DNA of 51,254 bases, filler included, from Jimgerdemannia flammicorona (taxonomy: Eukaryota), in the NCBI GenBank assembly GCA_003990765.1. It is 2 parts of 2 records of this genome, joined end to end, with 100 filler letters (N's around TTAATTAATTAA, not from the genome) between each part and the next. Parts side by side here need not be neighbours in the genome. Positions count along the whole stretch, not along the records: positions 1 to 25,581 come from RBNJ01000818.1; positions 25,682 to 51,254 come from RBNJ01000819.1. The stretch is one strand, 5' to 3'. The notes under the pieces were generated by a model. The model was not told where the DNA came from and did not search any database. It saw nothing but the letters and a program-made list of their open reading frames with translations. Made by a program: the position numbers and the translations under genes. Positions 22,146 to 33,700 of the stretch are shown here, one piece after another (position 1 is the stretch's first letter; each line of letters starts with the position of its first letter).

Positions 22146-25100
22146 CAGAGTTATCAGGTCTTGGTCCATTTTTATTTTTGTCTGGTTGGCGCATTTGCGA
22201 GGACTGGCTATCCTTGTCTAGGGCGAGGGCTCCCATTGTCGCGGCTGGGGGTTCGAACCTCTTGGAAATAGACTTTCTTATAATCCAAGACAATTCTTAG
22301 TAACAATATCTGTCACGTGGATGGACTTAGACTGGTTTCAACATTGTTGGCTTTCCTAAGTTTCACATGAAGCATCCATCATCATCTAGCAGAGATGATA
22401 CAGATGGCGTGAAATGGAGTTGTTCAAATGTGTTTTGCTGTACAGTACTAGATTGTTCTTTTGCTCAGGTATCTTCTTGTTGGTTATCCATAGTGTTCCT
22501 TTTTCTCTGCAATGTTTGGTATTATATGTTTCCAGTTAAAAATATGTGGTACCCTTCTGCTCGCTGTGTGCTCCCATGCTTAGAGCTGTAGTTCCTTCCT
22601 TTGCTGGGGGGTGAGTGTTTCCATGTAGTCCTGGAGGGCTTGGCATGCATTCTTCAGGGCCTCTTCTTTTTCCCAGGTAGCATCATGGGTGGGGTAACCC
22701 TTCCACTTGATCAGGAAAAAGTGCTTGACTGTTTTGGGATATTTGCAGACCTTGTGGTCAAGTACTTCCTCAATCTCGAATTCCTCATGATCATTGATCC
22801 TAATTGGGGGTGGTGGTGGAACTGTATGCTTGGGGAATAGGTTCTCATAGTAGTCCACCAATTGACTAATATGGAATACTGGGTGTACTTGGATATTGTG
22901 GGGAAGTTGCAACTTGTAGTTCACTTTGCTGATTTTTTCCATGATCTTATATGGTCCAATTCTTCTAGCATAGAGTTTCTTGGCTGGTTGTTATGCCAGG
23001 GTGTCTGGGTGGAGGTGGTCTGTTCTAAGCATGACTTTGTCACTAATATTGTAGGAGGCTTCTCTTTGCTTCAAGTTCATGTACTTGGTCTGGTAGTCTT
23101 GTGCTTCTATGAGAGCATCTCTTGTCATTCGGGTAAGGTCAGAAATGGTCTCGGCCAGATCTTGGGCTGCTGGGACTGCTGATTTCGCAGTAGTACTTGG
23201 GGTCCTTGGGTGTTGACCATGGTTCAGGAAGAATGGAGTCTTCTTTGTAGAGGTTTGCTGACTGTTGTTGTAGGCAAACTCAGCATGAGCTAGGTACTTG
23301 TCCCAATCATTTTGCTTGTAACAGTAGAAGATACTAAGCATCTGTTTGAGAGTTCTATTTGTTTGCTCGGTTTGACCATCAGTCTGAGGGTGGTAGGCAG
23401 TAGAGAACTTCAGCTTGGTTCCATGGAGGAAGAAAAATGCCTTCCAGAAGTTGCTTGTGAACTTGGCGTCTCGGTCAGATACAATAGTACTAGGCATGCC
23501 ATGTAGCCTGAATACTTGATTGAGGAAAATCTCGGCAATCTCTGGTACTGTAGCAGTAGTCTTGGTGGGTACAAAATGGGCTTGTTTACTTAGGTGGTCC
23601 ACGAATACCACGATGGCATCCCATCCTGCCTTGGTCTTGGGGAGTTGGACAATGAAGTCCATTGCAATCTGGTCCCAATTGTAACTCAGGATAGGCAAGG
23701 GTTGCAGGAGTCCTGCTGGTAGCTTGTTACCACTTTTGAACCTTTGGCACATCTTGCATGAGGCCACAAAGTCTTTGATATCCTTGGTCATCTTTGGCCA
23801 GTAGAACTCTCTTGAAAGAAGGTTGTAGGTCTTTTTGAAACCAAAGTGTCCTGCTGCAGGGGTATCATGGAGTTCCTGCATGATCTTGAGTCACAGAGTA
23901 TCATTGTTGGGTACAACTACTCTGTCATGGTCCCTGTAGATAAGTCTATCATGGTAGGTGAATCTCTTGGCCATTTGTCTCATGGGTTCTGGAACCTTGG
24001 CCTCTGGGTCCTGGCAGAATTGAAGGAAATTCATCAGGGGGCTGTCTTGCTGGTAGCCATCCTTGATCATTTGAGTAAGGTCTCCAATTACTTCGACCAT
24101 GAAGACAAGTTTGTCTTCCATGTACCTGGAGAAACCATCAGCCACACGGTTGGTTTTGCCTGGGATATACTTGATTTCCATATCAAAGTTAGCAATGATT
24201 TCCATCTAGCAGGCTTGTCTGTGGGTCAGTATAGGCTATGTGTGAATATACCGCAGTGCATGGTAATCAGTGTAGACCACAAATGGTTGTCCTAGGAGGA
24301 AATGGTGCCATTCCTGGAGTGCAGTGACAATAGCCAGGAGTTCCTTCTCATGGGTAGTATATCGGGTCTCAGCTGGCTTGAGCTTCTGTGAAAGGTAGGC
24401 CACTGGGTGGTCTTCTTGGCTGAGCACTGCTCTAATAGCAATGTCAGAGGCATCTGTGGTCAGGGTGAATGGTCTGGTAGGATCAGGTGCAATTAGCACT
24501 GGGGCCTCGGTAAGGAGTCTCTTGAGATGGTCTATAGCCAGGGTGCATTTGGGGGTCCATTCAGCTTTGATGTTCACTCCTTTATAGGCCAGGCTGGTCA
24601 ATGGGGCTGCAATAGTAGAGTATCCTTGGATGAACCTTCAGTAGTAACTGGCAATACCCAGAAAGTGCTGGAGTAGCTTGAGGGTAGTAGGGATAGGGAT
24701 ATCCTTAAGGGCTGATACCTTTCAGAGGTCTACATTGATACCTTTGGCAGAAATGATGTGTCCTAAGTACTCGATCTGGTCTTGATAGAACTTACACTTG
24801 CTCATCTTAGCATAGAGCTGGTGTTCTCACAGAAGGATCAGTACTTGTCTAAGGTGGGTGTAGTATAGCTCTACTGTCTCGCTGTAAATTAGTATATTAT
24901 CAATATACACAAGGATACAGATGTTGAGGAGTGGTCCAAAGATGTCATTCATCAGATACTGGAATGTTGCTGGTATATTGGTCAATCCAAAAGGCATGAC
25001 TCAGAACTGGTAGTGTCCAAACCATGTTCGGAAAGCTGTCTTCTCAATGTTCTTCTCATCAATGAGAATCTGGTGGTAGCCATTTCGCAAATCCAGTAGA

Positions 25101-25581
25101 GAAAAGGTTTTGGCCTTGAAGATCTGGTGTAGTAACTCATCAATCCTGGGCAAGGTATATTGATTCTTGATAGTGATCTTGTTGAGGGCTCTGTAGTTAA
25201 TACACATTCGCAGAGAGCCATCCTTCTTCTTGACAAATAGAATGGGGGCTTCAAATGGAGAGCAGCTGGGTTCAATGTATCCTTGGGCCAGTAGTTTGGT
25301 CAATTCATCCTTGAGGGTCTTGAGCTCAGGTTGAGCCAGTTGATAGATACTCTTATATGGGGGTTCAGATCCTGGAATAAGATCAATTCCATGTTGGATT
25401 TGGTGCTTGGGTGGGAGTCCTTGAGGATCTTGGAATACATCTTGGAATTCTTCAAACAGTTCTTGAGCTTCTGTTGGAATTGGGCTACTTGTGGCTTTAG
25501 TGACTTCTTGTACTATACAGATGAAGTAGGTGTTTCCCTTTTTTCGAGAGAGTCTCTTCATTTAAATGGCAGAGATGATTT
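22146..25581 (-). mobile_element. Chromovirus (Ty3/Gypsy with C-terminal chromodomain) 'C': RT-RH-IN-CHD plus 3' non-coding region, truncated by the contig end
   Basis: [18 protein letters not shown] (YIDD mutated), TTDAS..HEKELLAIV, HDTPAAGHFG..CKMC, MDFIVQLP, VSDRD, AYHPQTDGQTE, chromodomain EFEIEEVLDH..FLIKWKGYPTHDATWE ending at 22580. Confidence 0.93.
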
Positions 25582-25681
25582 NNNNNNNNNNNNNNNNNNN
25601 NNNNNNNNNNNNNNNNNNNNNNNNNTTAATTAATTAANNNNNNNNNNNNNNNNNNNNNNNNNNNNNNNNNNNNNNNNNNNN
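25582..25681. other. Artificial contig spacer: 44 N + TTAATTAATTAA + 44 N
   Basis: A six-frame stop linker at 25626-25637 centred in a 100-nt N block; unrelated sequences on the two sides. Confidence 0.92.
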
Positions 25682-28600
25682 AGAACCTAGACTATATAGG
25701 CCAAAACCCTCCCCCACCACCCACCAAGCACTGCCCCCCCATTAACCTAGGCTAGCTATTGTCCAGCAGCTCGACCATGCTAGGTATAGTAGGGCTGAAA
25801 AGGCCTGCACCTCATTCTGTACACCATGCTCTCCCTATCACCAGGGGAAACCCAACCATATACCAATGACTGAAAGTGCATGCCCAAGAACCCAATGTAT
25901 GTACAAGACCATGCCCGAGCCGAATAAAATAGCCCCTGCCACTCCAAAGAGAATGACAGGCAAAGAAAAAACTCTCATCAAAGCACAACACAGTGGGTAG
26001 GGCCTGGTTCTCCCAGATGAGGTGAGTAAAGGACTTACACATGAGGCAGGAGGAAACCCCCAATACTCCACTACTCAAGCCTGCAGGCCTCGATCACATT
26101 GCCATATCAGCTCCTGGTTCCAGTTGAGTGTAGCCAAGACACCTGAAATGGGTAGCCTCGGGCCTCCTGACCCCCCTTGATGACTAGGGCCCAACCCCAC
26201 TGACCACCAAAAGAAGCCGATAGTGACACCTACCACCTAATCATGCTACACCAATCAAAAGGCTCCACCGAAGCAGTACCTGCCCCAGCCCCAACAACTG
26301 CCCCCAGCCTGGCACCCTACTGGTTCACCGTAATCATCCTTCCTCCTATCTGTGATGTCCATCTCCCCTCCCATCCTGACAACACCTGAAAAACAGTCAC
26401 CTACACCAGAACTGCGCTCGCTGGGAAGCTCACCAAAGCTAGAGGGCCCCATCACAGGCACCAAAGACCTGCAGATAACCTACACTGAGCACTTGATACC
26501 CAAGGTCAGCCAACTCCCTATGTAGCCCGAGATACACCAAGACACCACCTTGTTGGTGATGGCAAAAGGAAGAAGGCACTACACCAAAATGGGTACACCC
26601 CAGATACAGCTGAAGACACCAGAATCCATGAAAAAGTAGAGGAAGTATCGCTCCGACACCAATAAATGGACAACTCATCACCATTGTCCTTCTCCCACCA
26701 TGCCCCTGCAGGCACAGCAAACCAACCCAAGGTAGAGGGGGTAATAATAGGGAAAAGGGGACTCAGAAGGTCACCTACCAAACCTTGTGACTAGTAAGGT
26801 AGCAGAGAAAGGACCATTGGAGGCTGGGGGTATGACTACTAGTGGTATAGTAGTCTCTGGTGAGATAGTGACTAGTGTATCTGAGAGCAAGAGCAAGGCA
26901 ACCCTAGCAGCAAAGACTGGTAAACTGGTAGTATATCTATTCTTCTACAAGTCAGTGTCAATATGGGTAGTCTTGGCCAATTTCTTGGGCCTTGGTCTTT
27001 CAGCTAAGGAGGTTTTGTAACTGGTGAATGAGGAGGTTGCAGGAGCAGAGTTACTGAGATTCATTCCTTCAGTAGAGACAGTAGAGATGGGCTTTATTGA
27101 GAAAGAGACCATGGTAAAGGCTCTGAAGAAGGGGCTGACAGTTAAGAATATCAAGGTGGAGATAGTGAGATACTTGAGATGAGACCCATGAGTGGTGAGG
27201 CTAGTGGTTGAAGGATTGCTGATGCTGAGCAGACAGAAGACCAAGATAGTGATAGCCAAAGTACTAGAAGGTTTTGGTGAGATGGTGGATTTCAGGTTTA
27301 TGTTTTGGGAGGGCACAAAGTTGAGGAATGGTAACTATGAGGCAATGGTATAGCTGGAAGAGAAGGAGACAACTGGGTTGGAGTGTACCTGGCTAGAGGT
27401 CATTTGTATTGTGGGGCAGAAGTATTGAGTTTAGAGAAGAAAAGGCTTAGAGAAGGAAGAGGAAGAGTTGCTAGTTGCTCTGGAGGCAAAGGCCCTGCAG
27501 AAGAAGAAATAAGAGAAGTATACTAAGGACTAGATCTGGATTGAGGTGGATGAGAAGAGGAGATAATGACATAAGGAGAATTGAGAGTAGCTATAGGCAG
27601 TATTGTAAGGGTCTACTGAGGAGAAGACTGAGAGGATTACAACTGACAAAAATTGAATAGAAGGGGTGGAGATAGTTGAAGTGTTCTTATCATAGCTGGG
27701 GAGAGTAGGAGACTTGGTATATAAACCTGTGGCTGATGGTGAGGAAGAGAGAGGAGCAGACTTTGAGGAGAATGTTGAGATAGTCCCAGAGACTCAGGTA
27801 GAGGACATGGTGATGGCTAGGTTGGTGAATATCCACTGAGAATATTCTGAGACTAGAGAGGTAGTATAGCTGAACAAAGTCTCAGAGGAGGATCTGGTGG
27901 AGATTGCTTCTGATATATCTGTGGACAGAGAACTACTTCAGAAGCTAAATAGGACTCCTAGGCCTGCCACCCCAGAGCCACTAGCTATGGTAGTAGATAG
28001 TTGATTCCAGGCAGTTCTGAAGGATCTTGTAGAGAAAGATATCAAGAAAGTGGATATATCCTAGAGTTCTCTAGAGGTGTGGCAAGAATTTCTTAAAATG
28101 GTATTGCATGGACCAAAGCTAGTGACCACTATAGTAGTAGCCCTCCTGGAGGATAAAGAATATAAGGTAGATGAAGCCCAGATGGCAGATATGAGAAAAG
28201 TGGTATCAAAGTGAGTAGACTTCTTCTGTGGTAGTATTAATAGCAAGCAAATTTATAGAGCAGTCTATGAGAAGTATCAGGACATTATCAAGAGTAGAGC
28301 TGAGAAAGTAGTGGCAGTTACAGCAGATATCTAAACTCACTATCTATAATGAAGAATAACCTATAAATTTTATCAATTAATGTCAATAATCTACATGATA
28401 GAGTTAAGTGGTAGAGTGTCTTTTTTGATGGCTGAAGGTTCAGAGATATGATGTGGTGTTTCTTCAGGATGTTTGAGCTTATGATATACAGGACTATAAG
28501 TTGTAGAGTAAGGAATAGTTTAGAGGTACTGGTTGGAATAAGTAAGTTGGTATTCTAGTTGGGTTAGGAAGGGCAAGCTAGTTGATGTAGATATCTTTAG

Positions 28601-28951
28601 TAGTCATATAATGTAGAGAAGGCTGAAGAGAGGTAATGAAGATAGACTTTTGGTGGACTCTGTATATCTGTCAGCAGTTGGCAGAGAGCAAAAGCAATGG
28701 GTAGAGGAGTAGCTGGCTTGGGAGGATTGGGCAGCTCTAGGATTAGATATTCTGAGAGAGAACTTCAATATGGTATGAGATCATACACTAGATCAGTTTG
28801 ATGGTGGGGCTGGTGTGGCTGTTTCTCAAGGACTGTCTCAGTGACTTCAGATAGAAAAAGGTATGAGATTAGTAGATGGTGTGTGGCTGAGAGCTGAAGA
28901 TAAGTCAGGGCCCTTCACTAGGTAGTATCTGGTGGATGATGGAATAGTGGG

Positions 28952-28980
<29 letters not shown>
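25682..28980 (+). mobile_element. Degenerate L1/Tx1-like LINE: ORF1 (ends ~28334) and the APE endonuclease part of ORF2 (from ~28349), then poly(A)
   Basis: ORF1-like segment VVRLVVEGL..VLEGFGEMVDFRFMFWEGTKLRNGNYEAMV. ORF2 start ILSINVNNL..WLKVQRYDVVFLQD, ENFNMV (GDFN-like), LVDGVW. A29 at 28952-28980. The 5' limit is uncertain. Confidence 0.7.
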
Positions 28981-28983
<3 letters not shown>

Positions 28984-30172
28984 AAAGCTGGATATCTGTA
29001 AGCAATTTGTGTGTCAGTTTCCTAATTGGGACAGTTCTCTGGGTGTAGCAGCGATTTGTGTGTGTGAATGGGTTTCCTTCTTGGGTCAACTGGAAATGCC
29101 ACAATTTTGTATAGTGAGGTAATTTCCAAAAGTATGCAATTTCTGGGAGATGGTCTTGGTGCAATGATCTCTATATAGTACAACAATCTTCTGGGTGTAA
29201 TGGTCTGGCAATTTAGCAGTTCTCCTTATATGATTTCTGCATGATGATCTCTGTGTAGCGTGACAGGTTCCTTATGTGGGACATTCTGATAATCTGGCAA
29301 ATAACTCGATTTGGCTCACTGGTAATAGAGGATGGTGCAGATCCTTATTACTGGGAATTGTACTGGTGGTGGGTTCTCTGTATCGGCTCACTGGGAACAA
29401 ATGAATAATTTGGCAGCAAGTAACTCAGATAACTCAGATAACTCAGATGTCATGGAAACTCGGATGGGTGTGAATCAGGTTCTTCTGGGAATGCAGATAA
29501 CTCAAAAATAGCAGATGACATGGCTTCTCCTGAATTGGTGGGCTTCTGGGAAATAACTCAGATGGTGCAGATTCTTCTGAATCAGTGGCTTCAACTGGGA
29601 ATATGGCAGATAACTCGAAAGGTAGCAAAGTTCTTCCTTGAACTTGGTGGCAGACTTCAGGCTTATCTGGCAAGCAGACCAAAAATGGACTCATTCTTTG
29701 TATCGGAAAGTGGACCAGAGTGGAAGAGAAGAGAACTAAGCTCACAACTTCTTGGTAGTGGCTCATTGGTAGGCATATCTCCTAAGTGTTGCAATCCTTC
29801 CTGGAACAAGTGGCTTTTGGCAGGCATTTCTCCTAAGTATATCAGACAATTGACATTTGCTTTGGTTTGTATTCAACTTTTGGACTGAGGTTTATTCACT
29901 CTTATCTCTGGGGTAAATTATTCATTGTAGATGCTATCTGGTTGCTATCTGGCTAACTATAGATCTGCTATTTATAGTGTGTTTGGGTGGACTGTTACTG
30001 TCCAGCGGACAGTCACTGTCCAGGAGACAACCACTGTTCACATTATTCCCTTCTTTGGCTATGTGGTTATTTATACATTTTTCCACAGCAATGGTTGCTG
30101 GTTACTATACTATATTAATATTCATATCACCTGGTTAGTTTTTGAGATTGCTATATTTCATAGTTTGTCACA
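28981..30172 (-). repeat. 3' LTR of element E (lacks its last ~138 nt)
   Basis: Starts TGTGACAAAC at 30172 right after the PPT CTTTAGTGGGGGCTGA (30188-30173); aligns to 37897-39087. Confidence 0.93.
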
Positions 30173-30211
30173 TCAGCCCCCACTAAAGAATAGTCTGTCC
30201 CAGACTGTTCT

Positions 30212-30778
30212 TCAGTCATCATCCCAATAAGCATAAGCTGCTTCTGCATCTATACCTGTCCCATCATCTTCATTATCTGTATCAGGGTCACTCCATTCTA
30301 GCTCTAGATCTTCTTCTTGTCCTTCAGAAAACATGATGTCTACTTGTTGGAGAATACTCTGAAAGGTGGTCTCATTTATCTGATGAATATCATTGAGGTA
30401 GAAGTAAGATTGCACCAGAGCTCTGACATTTCGTTTATACAGAGTGTAGATTCATTTGGCAGTTCTTGCTTCTTGGCAGATTATCCCAGCTGGTCCTCCA
30501 ATGTATGGCTGTTCTTCAAGTAATTGTCCAATGTTGTAGAAGGCCTGTAGATGGTGGATCTGTAACAATCTTTGGGTGATGGCAAGGTTCTCTTGATGTT
30601 TCTGGATCAATTGTATTGGGGTTCCTTCAAGTTGACAGAACTGGAGTAAGGGAACTGGTAGGGCCTGGAAGGAGCTGAGGACCAATGTCTGGAGGTGCTG
30701 ATCAATTCTTTGACTCATGGTGTAGAGGGGAGATATAGTTTGAGGCAATTGATGTATACTGATATTCTCAGGGTTCAT
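30212..30778 (-). pseudogene. Extra ORF3 between integrase and PPT of element E, unknown function, one premature TGA at 30452-30454
   Basis: ORF-track pieces 30452-30778 and 30212-30415 are in the same frame. Acidic C-terminus; ends ~25 nt before the PPT. Confidence 0.75.
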
Positions 30779-30791
30779 CCATGCATGCTTC

Positions 30792-33700
30792 TTAAATAGA
30801 TGCTAGTTCCTCTAATGTTGTATACCATTTGGGTTCCAACTTGGCAGCAAAGTTTGTTTCAATCATACTTCTCCAAACTAGTACTTGATCACCAATCTTG
30901 ATCTTCTGGTCCTTCTGTTTCCGGTCATAGTACTTCTTTTGTCTTTCTTGGGCTTTGGTAATATGAACTCGGGCCTGATTACATAACTGTTCTGCCTTCT
31001 TGAGGAGATATCCAAGCTTCTCATGATCAGTGGTTCTGTTTTTCTTGGCAAACATCATTTCGAATGGCTTTTGTTTGGTGGAGGCAGCAGGGGTGTTCCA
31101 AATTTCCCACAGGATCTCAGGTAAGCAGAGGTCCCAATTGATAATATTGACTTGGGCAAGTCCTTTCTTGATGGTCTGGTTCATCCTTTCTGTCATGTCA
31201 TTGGTCTGGGGGTAGTATGATGTGGTTCATTTGAGATGAATCTTGTGAAATTGAACATAACTTGTGATTATGTTATTGATGAATTCTGTGCCTCAGTCAG
31301 AGATAAGTTCTTCTGGGGGTCCATATCTGAGTGTGAGTTTATGGAGGAGGCTTATAATGTTTAAGGCATCTGCGATTTCTATTGAGAAAGCCTCAGGCCA
31401 CTTGGTCGGATGTTCTACAAATATAAGGATATATTTGTTCCTTCTTGGTGTAACTGGTAGAGCTCTAATTACATCTACTCTCCATCTTTGAAAGATGTGA
31501 GTGAGTGGGGGAATCAGTTGTAGAGGGGCTTGATAGTTCTTCTTTCCTTGGTACTTCTGGCAGATGTCACATTTCTGGATGATGTCTCAGACTTGGGTCC
31601 TGAGGTGGGGCTAATGTTGATATTGTTTTCGAATCTTATCTTCTGTGCTTGTCTGTCCTTGTGGGCTTTCTGATATTCTTGGCAGATGAGATCTTCTTGT
31701 TCCTTAATGGTCTGAGGAGCTTCCTATAGAGCGTAGTTCCTCAGGACACCCTTCTTCTGGTTCATTGGGGCTGGTGGGAAAGTACATCAACATTGTTGTG
31801 GGTTTTCTCTGCTTTGTTGGTGATGGTGATTTTGTAATCCTGAAGGATAAGTATCCAGCAGGCTAGGATTCTGGTGGGTTCCTTGTGGTTGAATAGCCAT
31901 TTGAGAGCTGCATGGTCTGTGATCAGGGTGAACCTTTTTCTGATGAGGTAATGTTTGAACAGAGTGACTGCCTATATAACTGCAAGGAATTCCAGTTTAG
32001 TGCTACCATAGTTCATCTGCTGCTGATGGGTAGCTCTGCTTGCATAAGCTATTATATGGTGCTGTTGATCAGGTCCTTCTTGGGCCAGAACTGCCCTAAG
32101 ACCATCTTTAGAAGCATCTGTATACAAGATGAATGGCTTCTGTAGATTGGGGCATACAAGAATTGGTGCTGTAGTCATGAAGTTCTTGAGTTCTCTGAAG
32201 GCTTTTTCTTGTGTTTCTGTCCATTTGAATGGTACTTCTTTCTTGAGAAGGATTCGGATTGGAGCAGCAATTTGGGCAAAGTCTTTGATAAGCCTTCTGT
32301 AATAGGATACTAGCATCAGGAATGATAGTGTTTCCTTCAGGGTTTTGGGTACTGACCAATTGTTGATCATCTCAGTTTTCTTTGGGTCTGTATGAGTTCC
32401 TTCTTTTGAAACTATGAATCCAAGGAATTCAAGTTTCTGTTTCCCAAAGTAGTATTTCTTTGCATTCAATCTCAGGTGGTTCTTGTGGGTGAGCTTGAAG
32501 ATTACCTCTAGGTGGTGCAGGTGTTCTTCAAAATTTGCTGAATAGATGTTAGAATCATCCATGTATACAATCAGGCAATATGGTGGATCAAGAGGACATA
32601 GACTGAATTCATCATCCCCTGAAAGGTGGGGGGTGCATTGCAGAGTCCAAAGGGCATTCAGAGGTATTCAAACAGTTTTCCTAGAGTAAGAAATGCTGTC
32701 TTTTGAATGTCCTTGAGGTCCATGGGGATCTCATGGAATCCTGTAAAGAGGTCCATACTGCTGAAGTATCTGGCATCTTGTAACTGGTCCAAAAGGTCAT
32801 CGATTCTGGGCAAAGGATAAGCATCCTTCTCAGTGACTGAATTGAGTTTCCTGTAATCTACACAAAGTCTCCATCCTCCCTTCTTTGGTATAATAAGTAT
32901 AGGGCTAGCCCAAGAGCTGGGAGAGGGTCGGATGACTCCATTGTCAAAGAGTTCTTGGATATGCTCCTTTTCAAATGTTTTCAAGTGATGGGGTATTCTA
33001 TAGGATTTCTGCTGGATGGGTGTTGCATTTCCTGTATTTATGCTATAGTGATATGATGGATTATATGGCAGATTGCCATAATTAGTGGTGAAGATATCTT
33101 GATATTTGTTGAGAAGTTCTACTAGTTATTGTTGTTGTTGAGGTGTTAATTCTTCTCCAATATTGGTGGAAGGCTTCACTGTCTCCTGGGTCACAGAGGG
33201 GCCTTTCCTTTCTTCTGGGATATTTTGCTATTTCCTGATAGGTTTAGTTCATAAACTTCCCTATGAGTTTGGTTGAGAAAAGGCACCAGATGTCCTATGA
33301 TGGTCCCTTTTGGCAAGATGATGGTCTCCCAACTTTGGTTGGTTGCTTGGGAGTGTACTGGGTTCATCTTGTTGGAGAATGTGTATCCCTCTATGTCCAG
33401 ATGGGGAATATCTTCCTTAGGTTCAAAGAAAAGGTTTCTGGGGTCGGGTGGTGCAAAGATTTTGAAGGTTGTTTGTTCTCTAGGCTCCAGATAAGATTCT
33501 TGTGCAGTCTGACTTGTTGCCAGTATACTTGCTGAGGAACATTTCTCTTGAGGTGGTTGACTTGAAGGAGATATACTTCCTTCCTGTCTGAACTTCCAAA
33601 TCCTTTGGCTTGTCTTGTTCCTTCAGTTAGTTCAGAGACTTCTTGTAACTGTGGGGTCTTGACTTTCATGAAGACTGCTTGGGCAATCTTCTGTCCTTCA

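Noticed and set aside
22180..22275. tRNA gene or HDV-like ribozyme (TCCTCGC on the minus strand)
   Set aside because: No complete cloverleaf, and the P1/P3/P1.1 pairings of an HDV fold cannot be built. Kept only as a B-box module.
29443..30230. ORFs of 100-140 aa in the E LTRs (also 38232-39187)
   Set aside because: Start and stop positions differ between the two LTR copies and F, and the translations show no recognisable motifs.
30212..30778. env gene in element E
   Set aside because: Too short, with no signal peptide or transmembrane segment, and an acidic tail.
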